From Camelus ferus (Eukaryota): a stretch of 64,000 nt of DNA. The notes beneath the pieces were generated by a model that saw only the letters and a list, made by a program, of their open reading frames with translations, was not told the DNA's origin and made no database searches. Positions 49,906-64,000 of this stretch are shown one piece after another. A program made the position numbers and the translations under genes. Location: the NCBI RefSeq assembly GCF_009834535.1, contig NC_045697.1:88786001-88850000 (forward strand), read 5' to 3'. How positions within the stretch are numbered: position 1 is the first letter of the stretch; every line of letters begins with the position of its first letter.

Positions 49906-52900
49906 ACTGAAATTAAGTAAGCTCTTTTGTATCTCTGCCCTGGGTTCAGTCGTTTTCATTATCCAACAGACGTCTTTGTAAGTTGACTCAAAAGATTTTC
50001 CTGACTTTTGACGCTGTCCATAAAAGTATTTTAAAAAAGAGCTGCTTAATTACTATTTTTAACTGATTATGAGATTTCATTAATAAACATTTCAATGTAT
50101 AGTAATTACTAGTAAGTTTTTCATTTTAATAAGTTATTAGATTTGTAGTCACCTGCACTACATTTATACAAAAGCTATTTCTTTATATGACTTTATGTTT
50201 GCCTGACCTGACATTACACAGAACTGCATTCTTTTTGCATTTGGAAGCTTGATTTTATATATGAAGAAGTTGAGGCGTAGAAAAGGTGACAGATGACTGG
50301 ATAAAGGCATCAAAACTAGAACCCAGGAAACTAGAGGTGCCTTTGCTAAATCTCACCCTGCTAATAGAGATCTTACTTTCAGCAAAATAACATCAGTTGT
50401 ATAAAATTATTGCTATTAATTTGAATTTTATTGAGTATGCATTTAATTTGCAAATTTTATTGGTTTCTCATTTGTGTAAGAACTACATTTAGGAAGTTTT
50501 TATCAAATATACATTTTTACATATTTAAGTATGTACTGTTTCCACTCCGGTTTATGTGTTTTTTCTACCCTTTTACTTTCTTGCCTGACAATTAATAATA
50601 TTTCTGAAACTATACTCAAAACCAGCTAATTTTGGTTTTGCTAAGATTTATTTAAATTTAAATCACTAGAAACTCTTAAATATACTATTTTATGACTATT
50701 AACTAATACATACTTGAGTGGTTACTTACTCTTTTGTTAACATATGTTCTGAGTAATCATGCACATTTTAAAAGACAAGTTACTAATCAAATGGAACTTT
50801 CAAATTTTAGGTTTTTATAAGTAACATTTGCTTTTGGAGAGCACTGGACTTCTAAGAATTAAAGTCTACTCTAATCATGAATAAACAGATTCAAAAATGT
50901 TGGCAAAGCCTCCCAAACCAAAGCCAAATTAGGACATTTGAATTGATTTTAGTATTATCTTAGTAAGTAAAAATAAGCAGTTAGATGTTTTAAAAATAGT
51001 CATTAAAAGTAGAGAAAACCTTGTTCATTTAGTCACATGACTATTCTCTCTAGTAGGCAATTGAGTATAAACTATATGTCATTGGCTCCTTCAATAAACG
51101 ATTTGCTCAAGTGGAAAACCTGAAAGAACATTGCAGGTACAGCAGGGTTGTAACCACTTATCCAGGCACACAGACTAAGACATGAGCGCTCTACTCCAGC
51201 ACTCACAATTTAAAAAAAAAGTCATAGATGTGAAAACAGCTGGTGCCAGGTAGAAAGTATACCAACCCTGCCTCACACCAACAGGCACGTTACTGCTTGC
51301 GTGGATTGTATTGAACTGGACATAAGGACCAATGGATTTAGGAATGTAGTTTTTTAAAACCTAAACTGTTTGCAGCAAAATGTCATGATAATAGGCCAAG
51401 ATAAAGGATAACTTTAAGAGTGTCATTAGGTCTATGAGGTCAGAAAAGATGGCTTGGATCATTGCTATACATCCACCACTTAAAACAGCACATCGTAGGC
51501 CCTAAATAAATATTCATTGCATGAATTAAGGAAATACAACTACAGAAGTATAATTATTGCTCAGAAAGATAATAATACATGACACAGCCGTCACTTTTAA
51601 TATAAAAATAAGCTGTAATGTAATATTATTTCCTGAGACGGGTACTGGGTCAGAAAATTTTTTTCCTTATCACAGAGGAGTCATGAAACTAATTTCAAAA
51701 CCATAGACAGTCTCAAATTAGGTCCCCAAATGGACAATTATTAACTGTAAAGTATTTTCTTTTAATAAGGTAATATTTGTGGTAAAGATTCTTGGCTCCA
51801 GGAATTTTAGACAAATTTTCTAATCTTTGGTTTTATAAATTTGTTTTTTCATGTGACTAAATAAATATTTATTGTCATTTCCTGCTCACCAAAAAGTGCA
51901 GTGCAGTTTTTCAAATAGATATGAGTGCATCCTCTAAATTTAATAACATTCAAAATACTGTGCAATAAATAAAAGTTCCATGCTCAATATTCACAATTGC
52001 AAGGTAACTTAGATTACTTTCTCAACTGCTACTACGAAAAATTTAAATGTAGGAAGTAAACTGAACTGAGAAGATTATGTTTTTCTACGGGGTGGTTTCA
52101 TTGCTGATGGAGTAATTGGGAACTACGTCCTCTACTATAAAATGTTTACGAAAATTGCTTGATTTGCCGTCTCATTGGTTGAATTGAAAGTGCATGCTGT
52201 ACAAAAAACAAGGATATGTCTTGTGAACAAGAAATGTGTCTATGCAAGGATCAATAGAAAAACCTTGATGAAATGAAGTGTGGAAAATGATTACAGGCTC
52301 ATTCTAGTTTCTCTGAGTTTGCAGGTCTTTGGAACCATAAAGCTTGTCGTGCCTTGATTTTTGACAAGGAATATACCTTTTTTTAAATATGAGAGCTAAT
52401 TGAATTTTACTGACATGATTAAAAACATGTCAGAGAGAATGAAAAATGTTAACATGTTAAACTAACTTTTGAAAAGTGAATGTAGTAGACTGTAGAAATC
52501 TAAAACAAACACATTGATATTTTCTAGTATGTAAACTGTATGCATTTAATATTTCTCTTCACCTAATTTTTTTACTTCATACTTGTTATATTTTAAAAAA
52601 CCAATTTCTAACCTGTATTTCCCATGCTTTTATGGAGTTTATACTCTTAGGGAAATTGGATAGGTGAAGATGGTTACCTACTAAAAAGACATACATTGAA
52701 AGAGGTAAATCTGGCTGTTGTGAATACTATTAATACAATCAGATAACAATATTCACTTGCAAAGGTCATTTTTGTCATAGTCAATAGTCTGTATTGAGGT
52801 TTTCTTAGAAAATACTTTAAAAAGAAAGACCTCTACAGATATACAGATGTTTTTAGTAAAGGGAAATTTTATATGAAAATTTGCATGATGATTTTCATAT

Positions 52901-53775
52901 ATATGTACACACAATATTAAAATTTGTTGTTGATAAAAACATATTGAGAATGCTTAGTCACACTTTAATATTAGTAAAAAAAAGTTAACAAAGTCCATTA
53001 AAACTGTAGTTTATTCTCTTATTAAAAACTATTCTCTGATTAACTGAAAAAACAATCACAGGCTCAAATAGCTAAATACAACCACGAGAGGAAAGGGGTA
53101 GATTTCCTGTAACATTTATTAACATAAGCAGACTGTGAGAATTCTATTAGTCTGGACAGGAGAACTGCAGTGTTTCTCCTGTTTTCCTTATTAATTTTGA
53201 CAGATTTGAAGTGCTTGCAATTCTGCACTACTAGGTTTCCATGAATCTCTTATTCTGATATAGCTTAATTTTTGCATACTTACCATGGGTTTAAAAATGC
53301 AATCGTTTCTTAAATATGAGTGAAAAAAAAAACCTAATGATAGATTATATGAAAAGTTTTTCTTTTGTTTTCATTTTAGTGAAGAGAATATACCTTTATT
53401 TGAAGAATAAAATCAAAGCATCTATTGATACCATCCTAGTCATTGTTACAGAGTCATAAATTGAGAGAGTGATGTATTTGGACAAAGTAATCAGACCATG
53501 TTACTTTGTGAGGATGATTACTTGTAGTCAGTAACTGCTTATAATTGGCATCTTTTTCATTACTCTTGAGTCTAACCTCTTATCTTACAAGGTACACAGA
53601 TGTTTTATTGTATTTTGCACATTATTTTCTCCTTATTGCAAGAGTACACTTTCGTAGCAGTTCAACCATTTCTTTAATGGTGCAGTAATTTTTTAAAATA
53701 TATTAATCTTCTTGTGACACTACTATAACATTAAAAAACTTCACTACTTTGGCTTCAAAAATGAGAAATAAAAGA

Positions 53776-53895
53776 GGAGTGAGGGTATATAGCTTAGTGG
53801 TAGAGTGTGTGCTTAACATGCACACAGCCCTGGGTTCATTCTGCAGTACCTCCATTAAAATAAAAAAAAAATAATTACCCCCCCCCAAAATAAAG
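53776..53895 (+). mobile_element. tRNA-derived camelid SINE (Vic-1-like)
   Basis: 'gagggtatatagcttagtggtagagtgtgtgcttaacatgcacacagccctgggttcattctgcagtacctccattaaaa...taattaccccccccc'; same family as 22040-22164. Confidence 0.9.
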
Positions 53896-55220
53896 AATAG
53901 AAGACAGTGTTCTGTACTGAAACATCTTTTTAAAGAAAATCTACTTTGTCATTTATTTCTTTATTTTTGACATTTAAAAATATTTTTCTTATTAATTCGC
54001 TTTTACTTTGATAAACATCAGAGGATCATTCTTAGGACTTTCATTATTCAATGTAATTTTAACAGTTGATGGTGTCCTCTGCTCTTAATTTTGCATATAA
54101 AATAACCATTCTCTTCATTTTTTACATATGTAATGACAACATGTGCTATTGCAATAAGCATATTGACTTTAAAATCATTGCATAAACACATATTAAGTGC
54201 CTGCTGTATGCTAGACACTACGCCAAAAACTAAACATTCCACTGAAGCTTAGAAGAGAAACATTCTTTCTGAATTCTTCGAAATGGGCTTTCTAAATATA
54301 AAGTACAGTGCACTACAAAAATGTTTTGCCATGACAGTGAATTCAGATTTTTCAGAAGATATGTTTTACATTTTAGGGCAGATAAAAGCTATATTCATTC
54401 CTGGTTATTGATGAGCTAATACTATTTCATATGAATAAAAATTGTTATAGTTTTGAAGTAAAAAAAGCCCCACAAAGCTTTAAATGGGACTTAAATTTTA
54501 TACTTTGAAACAGTTGTTTTAAATATATAAAGAAATATAAGCAATATAAACTAATAACCAACTAAAACAGAGTAGAATAGCTGTAAGTCAAAACATCATG
54601 TCTTTTGTGCTGAGTAACAGAAATTTCTTTAAAGGTGAAGACTCACGTGCAGAGGTAAAACAGGGCAGAGGGATTCATTTGGCATTGTGGCAAGTCCATA
54701 AAAAGTAGCCTGCCAGGCCTCATGTGGGTACTAGAGAAGCACTAAAGATGGAGTCAAAGAGATGCACTCTCTCTTATTGCGGTCGTGTTTTTAGTGTTCT
54801 CTTGTAGTGTTCCCCATTTTTTCATCATTTTCTACTCTTAAGAAAGAGGATTTGATTGACTGAACCCAGCCATGATTTGTTCCTCTTGGGTCATGTATTT
54901 CCACCCTCTTCTTCTAATCTTTGGATTGCGAGAGCAGTGGGAAGCTTGAAGATCCTGTCTGGTTTTGAGTTGCCCTTCTAAGGGGTGTGTCATGCTAAGT
55001 GAGAATGGGAAGTTCCACAGGGTAGGAAGAGTTATGAATAAGTTCATAGCAATAAATCCTACAAGGCATACCACAGCTATCAGTATACATGAACATTTTT
55101 CTCTTTTTTGCCTCTTACGTTAAACAGAACAATAATCCATCATTTAAAACGTAAAAATTAAGTAACGTATTCAGTAACAATAAGTAGCAATTCAATTCAG
55201 GAAGCCATTGTTTTGGCTTC

Positions 55221-55666
55221 TGTATCTGTTACCTGTTGCCTCAATACTGTTGCATAATGAAGAGCCACACAGCCTCAAAGGCCTACAGCAATATATATTT
55301 ATTCTCACGCATCTCTGGGTAGGCAGTTGGGTTGATCTCAGCTGGGCTCAACAGGAAATCTGGTTCAGGCTACAAGTCTCTCAGTTCGCTGGGACTCCTC
55401 TACTCAATATCTGTTGTCCTCCTTCAGGTACTAATGAACTCAGGGACGTGGCATTCTAGTGACCATGGCAGAGGTACGAGAGAGCAAATGCATTTCAAGT
55501 CTCTACCTGTGTCATATTTGTAAATATCCCATCGACCGAAACCATAATCATGGATGAGCCCAAAGTCATGAGGCAGAGAGAGAAACTCCACGTAAAGGTG
55601 GGAGGAACTGCGAAGTTGCTTATAGGCAGGGGTGAAGAATCAGGATCAATAATTCAATCAACCAGA
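55221..55666 (-). mobile_element. MaLR LTR (MLT1G/H-like) solo LTR
   Basis: Starts 'tgtatctgttacctgttgcc' and ends 'gtgaagaatcaggatcaataattcaatcaaccaga'. Internal segments include 'gatctcagctgggctc' and 'catggatgagcccaaagtca'. Confidence 0.8.
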
Positions 55667-58600
55667 GATTGTATCTCTAATACAAATCAAACTATTTTTT
55701 ATTTTTCAACAGTCTTAATAGAAGCCTATGCTATTAAAAAAAAATCCAATATCTATTAGGCAAAAAAAAAAAAAGTGAAGAAAAATTTGGTGGAATCTTT
55801 TTATTTGTTTTTCTTGAACTACATTTTCCTTTTGATATGTACTTACCACATTCAGATTAATGACTACTGAAAAGTGTACTACAGGATGCCTTTGGAGGGT
55901 GTTTGTTTTGAAGGATGGTATAAAAATTTCCATAAGTTTCGTAGGCAACCGCACATATTTTAACTTGATCTTTTATTCTGCATTTACTTTTGGGCATCCT
56001 TAAGAATCTGTTAAAATGCAGAAATTATGCGGTATTGATTTCAGGAAAAGTTGAAGTGGTTACACATGGTTGCCTTTGCCTTAAAAGAAATCCTTATTTG
56101 GTTCTAATTTGAACAATATTGAAAGCACAACAAAACTAGCTTTTTATTATGTCACCACACATTTGGTGAGTTATGGAAAGCATTTTATTTCAGGAATGGA
56201 GTTAACTATGTCTTGTCCGCACTTTTGGCCGTTCTTGTCATTTCTGGCTACTGTCCAAGCCTGCCTGTTACTCAGACATATTTCTTTCCTAGTAAGAAAT
56301 GCGCTGAAATCCCAGAAACATATGCTGCTGACTGCTAGAAGAGTTTTAGTAGTGAGAGATTAATGTAATTGCTTTTGTTTGAGAAATACAATTGGTCACA
56401 GTTACATACATGTAGCTTATATATAAAATAGGTTCTGTTTTAAAAATCATTATATTCATTTTTACTTTGCTTTAAAAAAAATTAAGCTGAAAAGAACCTT
56501 AAATGTGTATCCTTCCTTCTTTCTTCTTCTTCTAGCATATTTCAAACAGAAAAAGTACAGACTGATGTGAAATAAATGCACAGATGTCTAAATATACACA
56601 AAACCTAATCTAAATTTCAGATATAAAGTTTGAAATGAAATGACAAAGTGTTTGTTAGTCTAAAATTCCAAAGAGAGCAATATTCTAATTCCCAAATTAA
56701 ATGTTACATCCTCAAATATTATCATTATATCATGCTGCTTTTACTAAAATGTTTCTATTAAAAAAATATAAGAAGTGTTTAGTTTATATAGAAGACAACA
56801 TTTTTGTGCTCAACTTCTAGCAAAATGCAGATTTTTCTATTTTTTGATCATCATTCTAAAGAAAAACTATATAAATGCATAGATTTACTTTCTGATGATC
56901 TCTGAAACTCCAGTAGAGTTTGGGCCTGCCACAGACCTGTGTTCTCAAGAATTTCTGGTTCATGTATACATGTAGTAGCTCTATTGATTTTCCCTAACAG
57001 ATCACACCCAACCGCTACCAGTCTTTCATAGTGCAGGATCACAGGTTTTTTCCTTCATAGTTTGATTTTGCCTGTTTTCTTCAAGATTTCAGTTTTGAAA
57101 GTTCTGAAATATCACCAAGATGAGACAATAAACTGTGATTACAGCAACCACAGACTCTTGTGAATGAGGTTGGTTACACACCATAAATAAATAAATACCT
57201 CAAAGCATTGTTCACAGAGTCTGATCAGACCTTGAATACCTATGCAGTCCAAACATTGCATTCCTGACATTTAGGACTTTTAAATGTAAACCGTTTCTTG
57301 CTGGAGCTCTCTCATAACTGACATATGAGTCACTTGCAAACCATAATAGATTTTGGCTCTGCAGCATGATGAAGTGTTCTGGATGTAGTGAAACATTTCA
57401 CCCAGATTCATGGCAGCAGAATTCCCAGTGGTCACCCAAAATAGGGAAAGAAATGAAGAACAAAATTAAAGGAAATATGCAAACCCTGGCACCATCCTTT
57501 CATGGCAATACAGCTCTTTATTCTTGTTGTTAAGAGATGGAAGTAGTTAGAGTTTAAACTCATCAATGATAGGACAAGTAGGTGTCGAATCTTCTTTTTC
57601 TTAATGACTGAATTGAACCTCATACATGAAATTTTTTTTAAAAGGGTGAGTATATATATGCCCTACTAAATGAAACTATGTGGTTAGTTCTTATACAAAA
57701 AAAAAAAAAAAATCAAATGTAGAATGTCAAACTTTCTGCTGAAATTTAATTAGACCTTCTGCTATGTAATCTCAATATATATAGGCTTTGACATAAATTT
57801 ACTAAATAAAGCCTGGTTATTGGAAGCCAGTATAGCATGCAGAATGTGTCAATCCCATCAAATTGAGTGAATCACATACTATCTAGCTTCATTCAAAGAG
57901 ACAGAGTGAATGAGAAGCTATTGCCAAACATTTAAAATGTAAATTTGATTATTTACTTGAGCCCGGGTTTTGATATTTCTATTGTGACATCTTTGTTTAG
58001 TAAATGTTGCCCTTGGTTCCCAAGTTTAATGTCAAGGCACAGTGTGTCCCTCTGCACACACCACCCTGATGCAATTGTCTGCCAGCACAGAGCCTCTCCC
58101 TGCATTGCAGGCAAGCTCAGAGTTTGCACACAGCCTCATCTCAGGCAGGAAAGGTGGAGTTTTCCTTTTCAGAGCCAGAGGAAGTGACAGCTCAGGCGAG
58201 ATGGTTGTGCTGATTCTGGTGTGGATTTCAATTTGCTTAATTTGCTTTCAATTTCAACTCCTCATTTGAATGTCCATCTAGAATATTAAATGGTAGAGCT
58301 CAGCATTTTGTTTCACGCTGATGAAATAAAAAATGGTTTTGAGTGTAAGATTAGACTTCTTCCCCACTGAATTTCAGTAGCACCTACACAGTGTAAACTA
58401 GGGCATCATTTAACAAAGTGTTATTGGAGTGACATCATAATGACCTGTTAAGGGTAATGCACATTTGAATGACTTCAGTTATTTTCTCAGGTTTGTTTGT
58501 GATTTTTGTGGTGTTTAGCTGCTTCTGAAGCAGTGATGGGCACTGCTTAGGATCTTATATTCCAATCTCCCAACTGGGAGATTTCCTGAATAAAGTATAC

Positions 58601-61600
58601 ATAAGATGTTTTCCTGAAGCTCTTTTAAATCACCCTTCTGAGAATAAAGTTTTTGAATTATCATCAAATGACTTCATATAAAAATTATAGATGGTGGCGT
58701 GATGGACCCACAAGATCTAGGAAATCAATGGGATTGAATTGGTTTTAAGTATCAGTGTAATATAAGGCAACTTTGATGAGTACAGTCCTTGTGTACCAGT
58801 AACCTATCCAATTTATTAAATTTGATGAACATGTGACTCTAATAAAAATGTAAAAATAATATGGGTTTGCTTTTTAAAACAGGAACATCTTTAGAGAAAA
58901 AAATGACATGCCAGAGATGGATAAGTTGCAAGAATGCATAAGTGAACAAGACATTTTTGCCCTCAAAATTCTAGAAGTCACCAATTTGAGCAGTACAAAT
59001 GATCTTTGTTAACCTGAGGAGATTTGCAATAACCAATTTTTATGATATATAAATGTATTAAAGAAATCAGAGCAAAAAATACTTCTATTGAAATAAGTAT
59101 TTTTTGGCAGAATTATTAATTAAAGGGTGTGTTTACATACAATCTGGTGGCACTATCATAGTATCGTTGGAGGTAACACATGTGAACTCTAAACATTATT
59201 TTTGGTGCAATGCTTTATCAGATTTATGTGGTAATAGTAGTACATGAGAAATTGAATTTTGGAGCATCAGTTTCACAGAAATAAAAAGACAACAGTGTAA
59301 TTAATTACACGTGCCACTAAAAAAAAGCAACTAATCAAGCACTATGTGCTGTGATGAATCTTCTTTTACTATTTTATAGTTTATGTACTTTATGTCTATC
59401 CCACCAACCATTTAGACTTTAGTCATTTCTGAAAATGCATATTATTGCATCTTTAAAAAAAAGAAATAGCTATTTGGTAGACATTTTTAAAGCACTAATT
59501 TTTACTGATTATCTAAAAAGAATTTAGCTGTAGTTCTTTATTTGTAATATATACCCACCACCTTTCTGCTGAATAATTAATACTCTTCCAGTGATATTGA
59601 TAAAACAAACCTTCACAGATTATTTTCCCTTTAAGTAAATATAAAGGAGCCTAAAAATGAGCAAGAAGTGTGGGTAAAATAGTATTTGTAAAGTAGATGA
59701 CCAAATATTAATTTCTTCAAAAATGATTTTCCTGTACACATCAAATGTGTATTTTGTATGAAAGATCATTGTATTCATGCAGAGATTAGAGGCAGAGCTC
59801 TAAAGCATATTATGCCCCTTGCCTCCCAGGCCTGGTTCGCGCCACAGGTCTCTGCAGAAATCTGCGGACTAGATTTAAGAGGCTGACTGCTGTTTTTCTT
59901 AGATAAACCACGACATTTCAATGTCCTGCTTTTGATTACGAGGTGAACTCAATAGTATCTACGATTCCTTATAAGAATTTTAACATGTCTACTTGCAAAT
60001 GATTTCTAAACTTTTATTGTATTATGAATTCTCCAACCTTGCAAAAGAAAAAAAGATTATTTTTCATCCTTATTTATTAAGAATATTTATGTACGTTGCC
60101 AGAAGATTGTGAATCAAAAATATATTTTAGGGCATTTTTCTTCCTGATTCATTAAGAGCCACTTTATTTAGCTTGCAGAGAGTTTATGAATTAAAGAATA
60201 TGTTTTTAATTGTGGCTGTGAGAGTGACCACAGTGCAATCATCAGTTTATTAACTGGGGAATGAGCTCGTACTGGACCTTGCTATTTTAGTCAATTCTTT
60301 AGCCTTGGATACAGTGTACTACTTTCATAATAGCAACTTCAATCAGTGAAATACTGTGTTTTATAGTTCTATCTACACATATGTAATGATTTGATAATTG
60401 CTAATTAGCAGTTGTTCATTTATTATGTAGTTGTATCCTGATTTATTCACTTAAAAAATTAAAAACAAATCCCCAAGATATAACATCACTCCTGATGCAG
60501 CTGCAGGCTTAAAATGATAAATTGCATTTTACAGAAAAAAATAGAAAAGAGGAAAGCATTGTACTCATTTCACAGCAACCATTTGCACGGTAAGGTTTTT
60601 GGTTTTTAAATATCCATTTGGCTTTTCAGCAAATGGAATATCAAGGACTCTAATCCATCAGCATAAAAAGGTTTGGTGACAATATTTAAAGCCCTAATTT
60701 CAATTTAACTTTTACCTTTACAAAACTACCAAAAGACAGACCATTTCTTTAAACTGATTGATTGTTCACTCCCTTAATCTCAGTCAGGTTTTTGTCTTTA
60801 AATATCATCAGTTTATTTACCAGGGTTTCACTGCCTAGGAATCAGGTGTCTCAGACAAGAAAGTCATTCTTCCAAAAGGTTCCTAAGCAGTAAAGGGGTG
60901 ACGGCTGGGCGGCGCCTGTGGCTCAGCCCTTAGCTGTAGCTGATGTTTTGTTTTAAATAAGTCAACCAGGAAGCTATCAACTGCCCTCGTAACTGTAGCA
61001 GGTGAAAACACATATGTTCCTTGAGGGCCACATATCTGGGCACAAAGGTCAGCATTTGATAGGCAGGCATAAAATATGCAAGTGCCTTATCTTCATGGTG
61101 TAACGTTTCTTTTCTCTTTGAGGGTCAATTTTCGCAAACTTACAGAATTGATACCTTGAAAATGCCCCCTGGACTTAAATTGTGGAGGTGACTGACAGTT
61201 CTTGTTTGTTTTGTTTTTATTTAAAGTACAGCCACTTGGAAAGGGAAGCTTCTGAGTTCAAAATGTGATTTTCTTTTTTTTTTTTTTTTGCAAAGTAGTA
61301 GTTTGCTTATTTCAAGTCCACACCTACGCAAAGATAAATGTAAAACCCTGAAGGGGCAATGCTAGCACTAAAAGGTTAGCTATGCTGTAGTTTTTGTTAG
61401 CCTTTTAAAAGGAGGGAATGTATTTTAAACATATATATATATGGTGTAGTTTAGGAGTTATATTTTAGACTGTTTTAACACCTCAGAATTTTAAAATAAG
61501 CCACTAATAGCCATTATCTGTATTATTTAACATAATCTAATTCGTACAGAAAAAAAAAGGGGTCTTCTCTAAACTTTTAATGTTTAACTCTTCAGTTTAA

Positions 61601-62844
61601 TATGATAACATTTCAAAGCAAAGCATACCAAATCTTAGTCCAAAGAGGGAGTGGTAATGGAATAAAACTCTTAGGTTGGTTGCAGATCCAAGAGAGTGAG
61701 CCAACTGCATTTTAGAATCTAGAATCATCAGGAAAGGTGGTAACGGCCAAGGGCAAAGCAGTAGAGCAGGTCAAAGAATTATCCATGGTGTGGGGGGGAC
61801 TGGCTTCTTGGAATCAAGATGTCAACATTGGGTATCCCAGAGGTAATTGTAAATGTTTCTATTTGTACATATATCTTTTATCAAACCTTACTTTTTCCCT
61901 GCAAGGGACAGTGGCCTGTCTTATTTTCTTCTGTATTTTTAATGACTAAAATATACCTTTTATGTGATAGATTCTAAAATATCAAATTAATGAATACTGG
62001 AACCATTGCCCACCTCTTAAGCAAACAAGGTCCACAATCTTGGAATTCATGTAGGTAGAAACACGGCACACCAAATCAGGAAAAGTGAGGGGCTACAGGG
62101 TAACACCTACTATGCTGAGGAGTTCAAATCTCCTCTCTTGGATAATTCATACCCCAGGCTATTGAGGGAATCTAGAGAAGCCATGTTGAAAGCCTTTCAG
62201 GAATATTGAGGAATCGTGGAGTGGAAAAAAAAAAAAAAAAAAAAAGACTGCACAATTAAGAGAAAATATCTAGATTTTCAAAAAAAAAAAAAAAGGAATA
62301 CAAAGTTTCAACTTTCTGGCTGGCAAGTCAACACTGAGTTTGGAAAAAGAATAGCTTGGCTTATTGAATGAAAGGCCTCTGGAATCCTTAATCAAAAATG
62401 TAAGCTTTGCATATATCAGAATTTAATGGTGAGATATTCTAGATCTCTGTTTAGAACTTATTATAGATACACTCAGAAATGTTTAGTTTTGAAGTCATTG
62501 ATATTTAACTAAATGTATTCTTTCTAATAAAAAAGGAATTACTTTACTGTAACTGAAATAATGGAGATGGCCAAAATCTCATGAAGCATACATGATCATT
62601 GACTTCCAGAGCTATATTTAGGGATCATATTGTTCATTTTTCAAAAATTCTTACAGGCAAAGATTTATAGGCTGACCCAAGATTACATAGCTAGTTAGTT
62701 CATATGTAAGTGATCCAAATTCCAGACAGGAATCAGACAAACATTTATAAGAATTTATTTATATAGCTGTGACATATTTTTCAAATATGATTCATTATAT
62801 TTATTGAACACACACACATCCAGTGAGATAGGTGTGTAGAGAGA

Positions 62845-62983
62845 GAGGTTTGCATAGTAGTAAAGAAAACTTGCTGGCTCTGTGGTGTTGGGTAATTACT
62901 TAACGTATGTACTTTGGTTAACTCATTTCTCTAATGGAAAGATAATAGTACTTGCCCCAAAAGACTCTTTTGAGGATTTTATA

Positions 62984-63028
<45 letters not shown>

Positions 63029-63070
63029 ACACATACATGTAACATAAAACATAGTCGGCACATGCATGTT
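62845..63070 (+). mobile_element. MIR SINE interrupted by a (GT)n microsatellite
   Basis: 'tgtggtgttgggtaattacttaac...catttctctaatggaaagataatagtacttgcccc...tttgaggatt'. Confidence 0.65.
62991..63024. repeat. (GT)17 microsatellite
   Basis: Perfect dinucleotide run, read directly. Confidence 0.95.
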
Positions 63071-64000
63071 AGTTTTTTTGTTTTAACTATTAAAATATAG
63101 CAGGGGCTTGCTCAGTTCATGCACTCATCATCTATAATGAAGAGTCTTTCTATTACACCCTTATACCCAACATGTTTCTGGTGTGTGTACTGTGTCCTGA
63201 TGCATCTTTGATGTCATGTTTAGTTAGTGCCAATCTCGATTCTCCTTACTCTCAATTTAGTGTTCTTCCTTGCAAACACATATTCATTACATACTTATAT
63301 AAACACACACTTATATATGCATATTCTCTCAGAAATGCATTTACAAAGCTTCTTTCTCTCCCTCTCTCTTCTCTCTCTCTTTCTCACACACTTACAAACA
63401 AACACAAGCACACAGAATGTTGGCATGTTGGTTTCCAACTAGACCAAGTCATGAAATTATGGATAAAAGACAATTTAGAAATCTAAAAAATTCTATTAAG
63501 CTAAAAAGTCCTGATTGCATTAGAAGGTATTCAGATCAGTTATCTCTTACTCATTTATTTTTCTACTGTAGTTTAAGGACTATGCACACAAGTATGAAAA
63601 TTCACACATAATAATGGGAAGATAATTTCTATTTTCTGAATAACATTAATGATTATATTCTTGGGTGACCATCAGATGAGATCTCAAGAGTTCTTGATTC
63701 TTAAATCCACAGTTTTTAGCCTTTTGAAATACATTCATAGGTATGTATTTTCCTACATGAAAGTTTAGTACATATTTAATACATACCAGAGACGAGCAGT
63801 GACTTGTGTTGGTTGAGTCTAGGTTATATGACTTAGAATTCTAATTTATTGAGTTCCTTTCCTCAAAGTTTCTCCCTGGATCTAAGGAACTGCCTAGGTC
63901 TGTCATGACAGCTTGAAAACCAAAATCAACTTTTTATTAAATACTTTCCTCTGTGCTAAGCACTTTGCTGGCATCATCAAGGTTTCATCTTCATAAAATG

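Larger units (their letters stand above)
1475..64000 (+). other. FAT4: Long FAT4 intron (continues past the window end)
   Basis: No further cadherin-coding sequence was seen; the expected next exon (VEITLQDINDNPP-like) is absent from the ORF track and from my read. The region is AT-rich and repeat-laden. Confidence 0.8.

Noticed and set aside
53776..53855. tRNA gene (also at 22090-22164)
   Set aside because: A and B boxes are present, but they are followed by a SINE body and tail, and the other copy has a TSD. These are tRNA-derived SINEs.
60905..60927. SINE head (GGGCGGCGCCTGTGGCTCAG resembles some tRNA-SINE 5' ends)
   Set aside because: Similarity stops after about 20 bp, with no B box, tail or TSD.
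3566..63611. The many 60-112 aa ORFs in the intron
   Set aside because: Lengths fit chance, compositions are low-complexity (F/L/I/K-rich), many lie inside repeats, and none has a cadherin or other domain.

Overview
This is mammalian genomic DNA, most likely from a camelid (alpaca/camel), judged from two Vic-1-like tRNA-derived SINEs and a camelid-type L1 3' end. Bases 1-1474 are the 3' end of the giant first coding exon of the atypical cadherin gene FAT4 (+ strand; tandem cadherin repeats, roughly EC12-EC16). The exon ends at a phase-0 donor, GAG|GTAATG. The remaining ~62.5 kb is one long AT-rich intron, and I could not find the next FAT4 exon in it. The intron contains a near full-length Charlie1a hAT fossil, an ERV solo LTR, an MLT1 LTR, L1 3' stubs, many L2 and MIR relics, and microsatellites. 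The other ORFs in the track are spurious or repeat-derived. I see no convincing new biological system. The best leads are a calcium-free cadherin linker, possible intronic polyadenylation and cryptic or recursive splice sites, several dense TF-motif clusters, two L1 stubs truncated at the same point, and a template-switch-like hairpin. All repeat family names come from recalled consensus sequences, not from a database search, and boundaries of old repeats are approximate.
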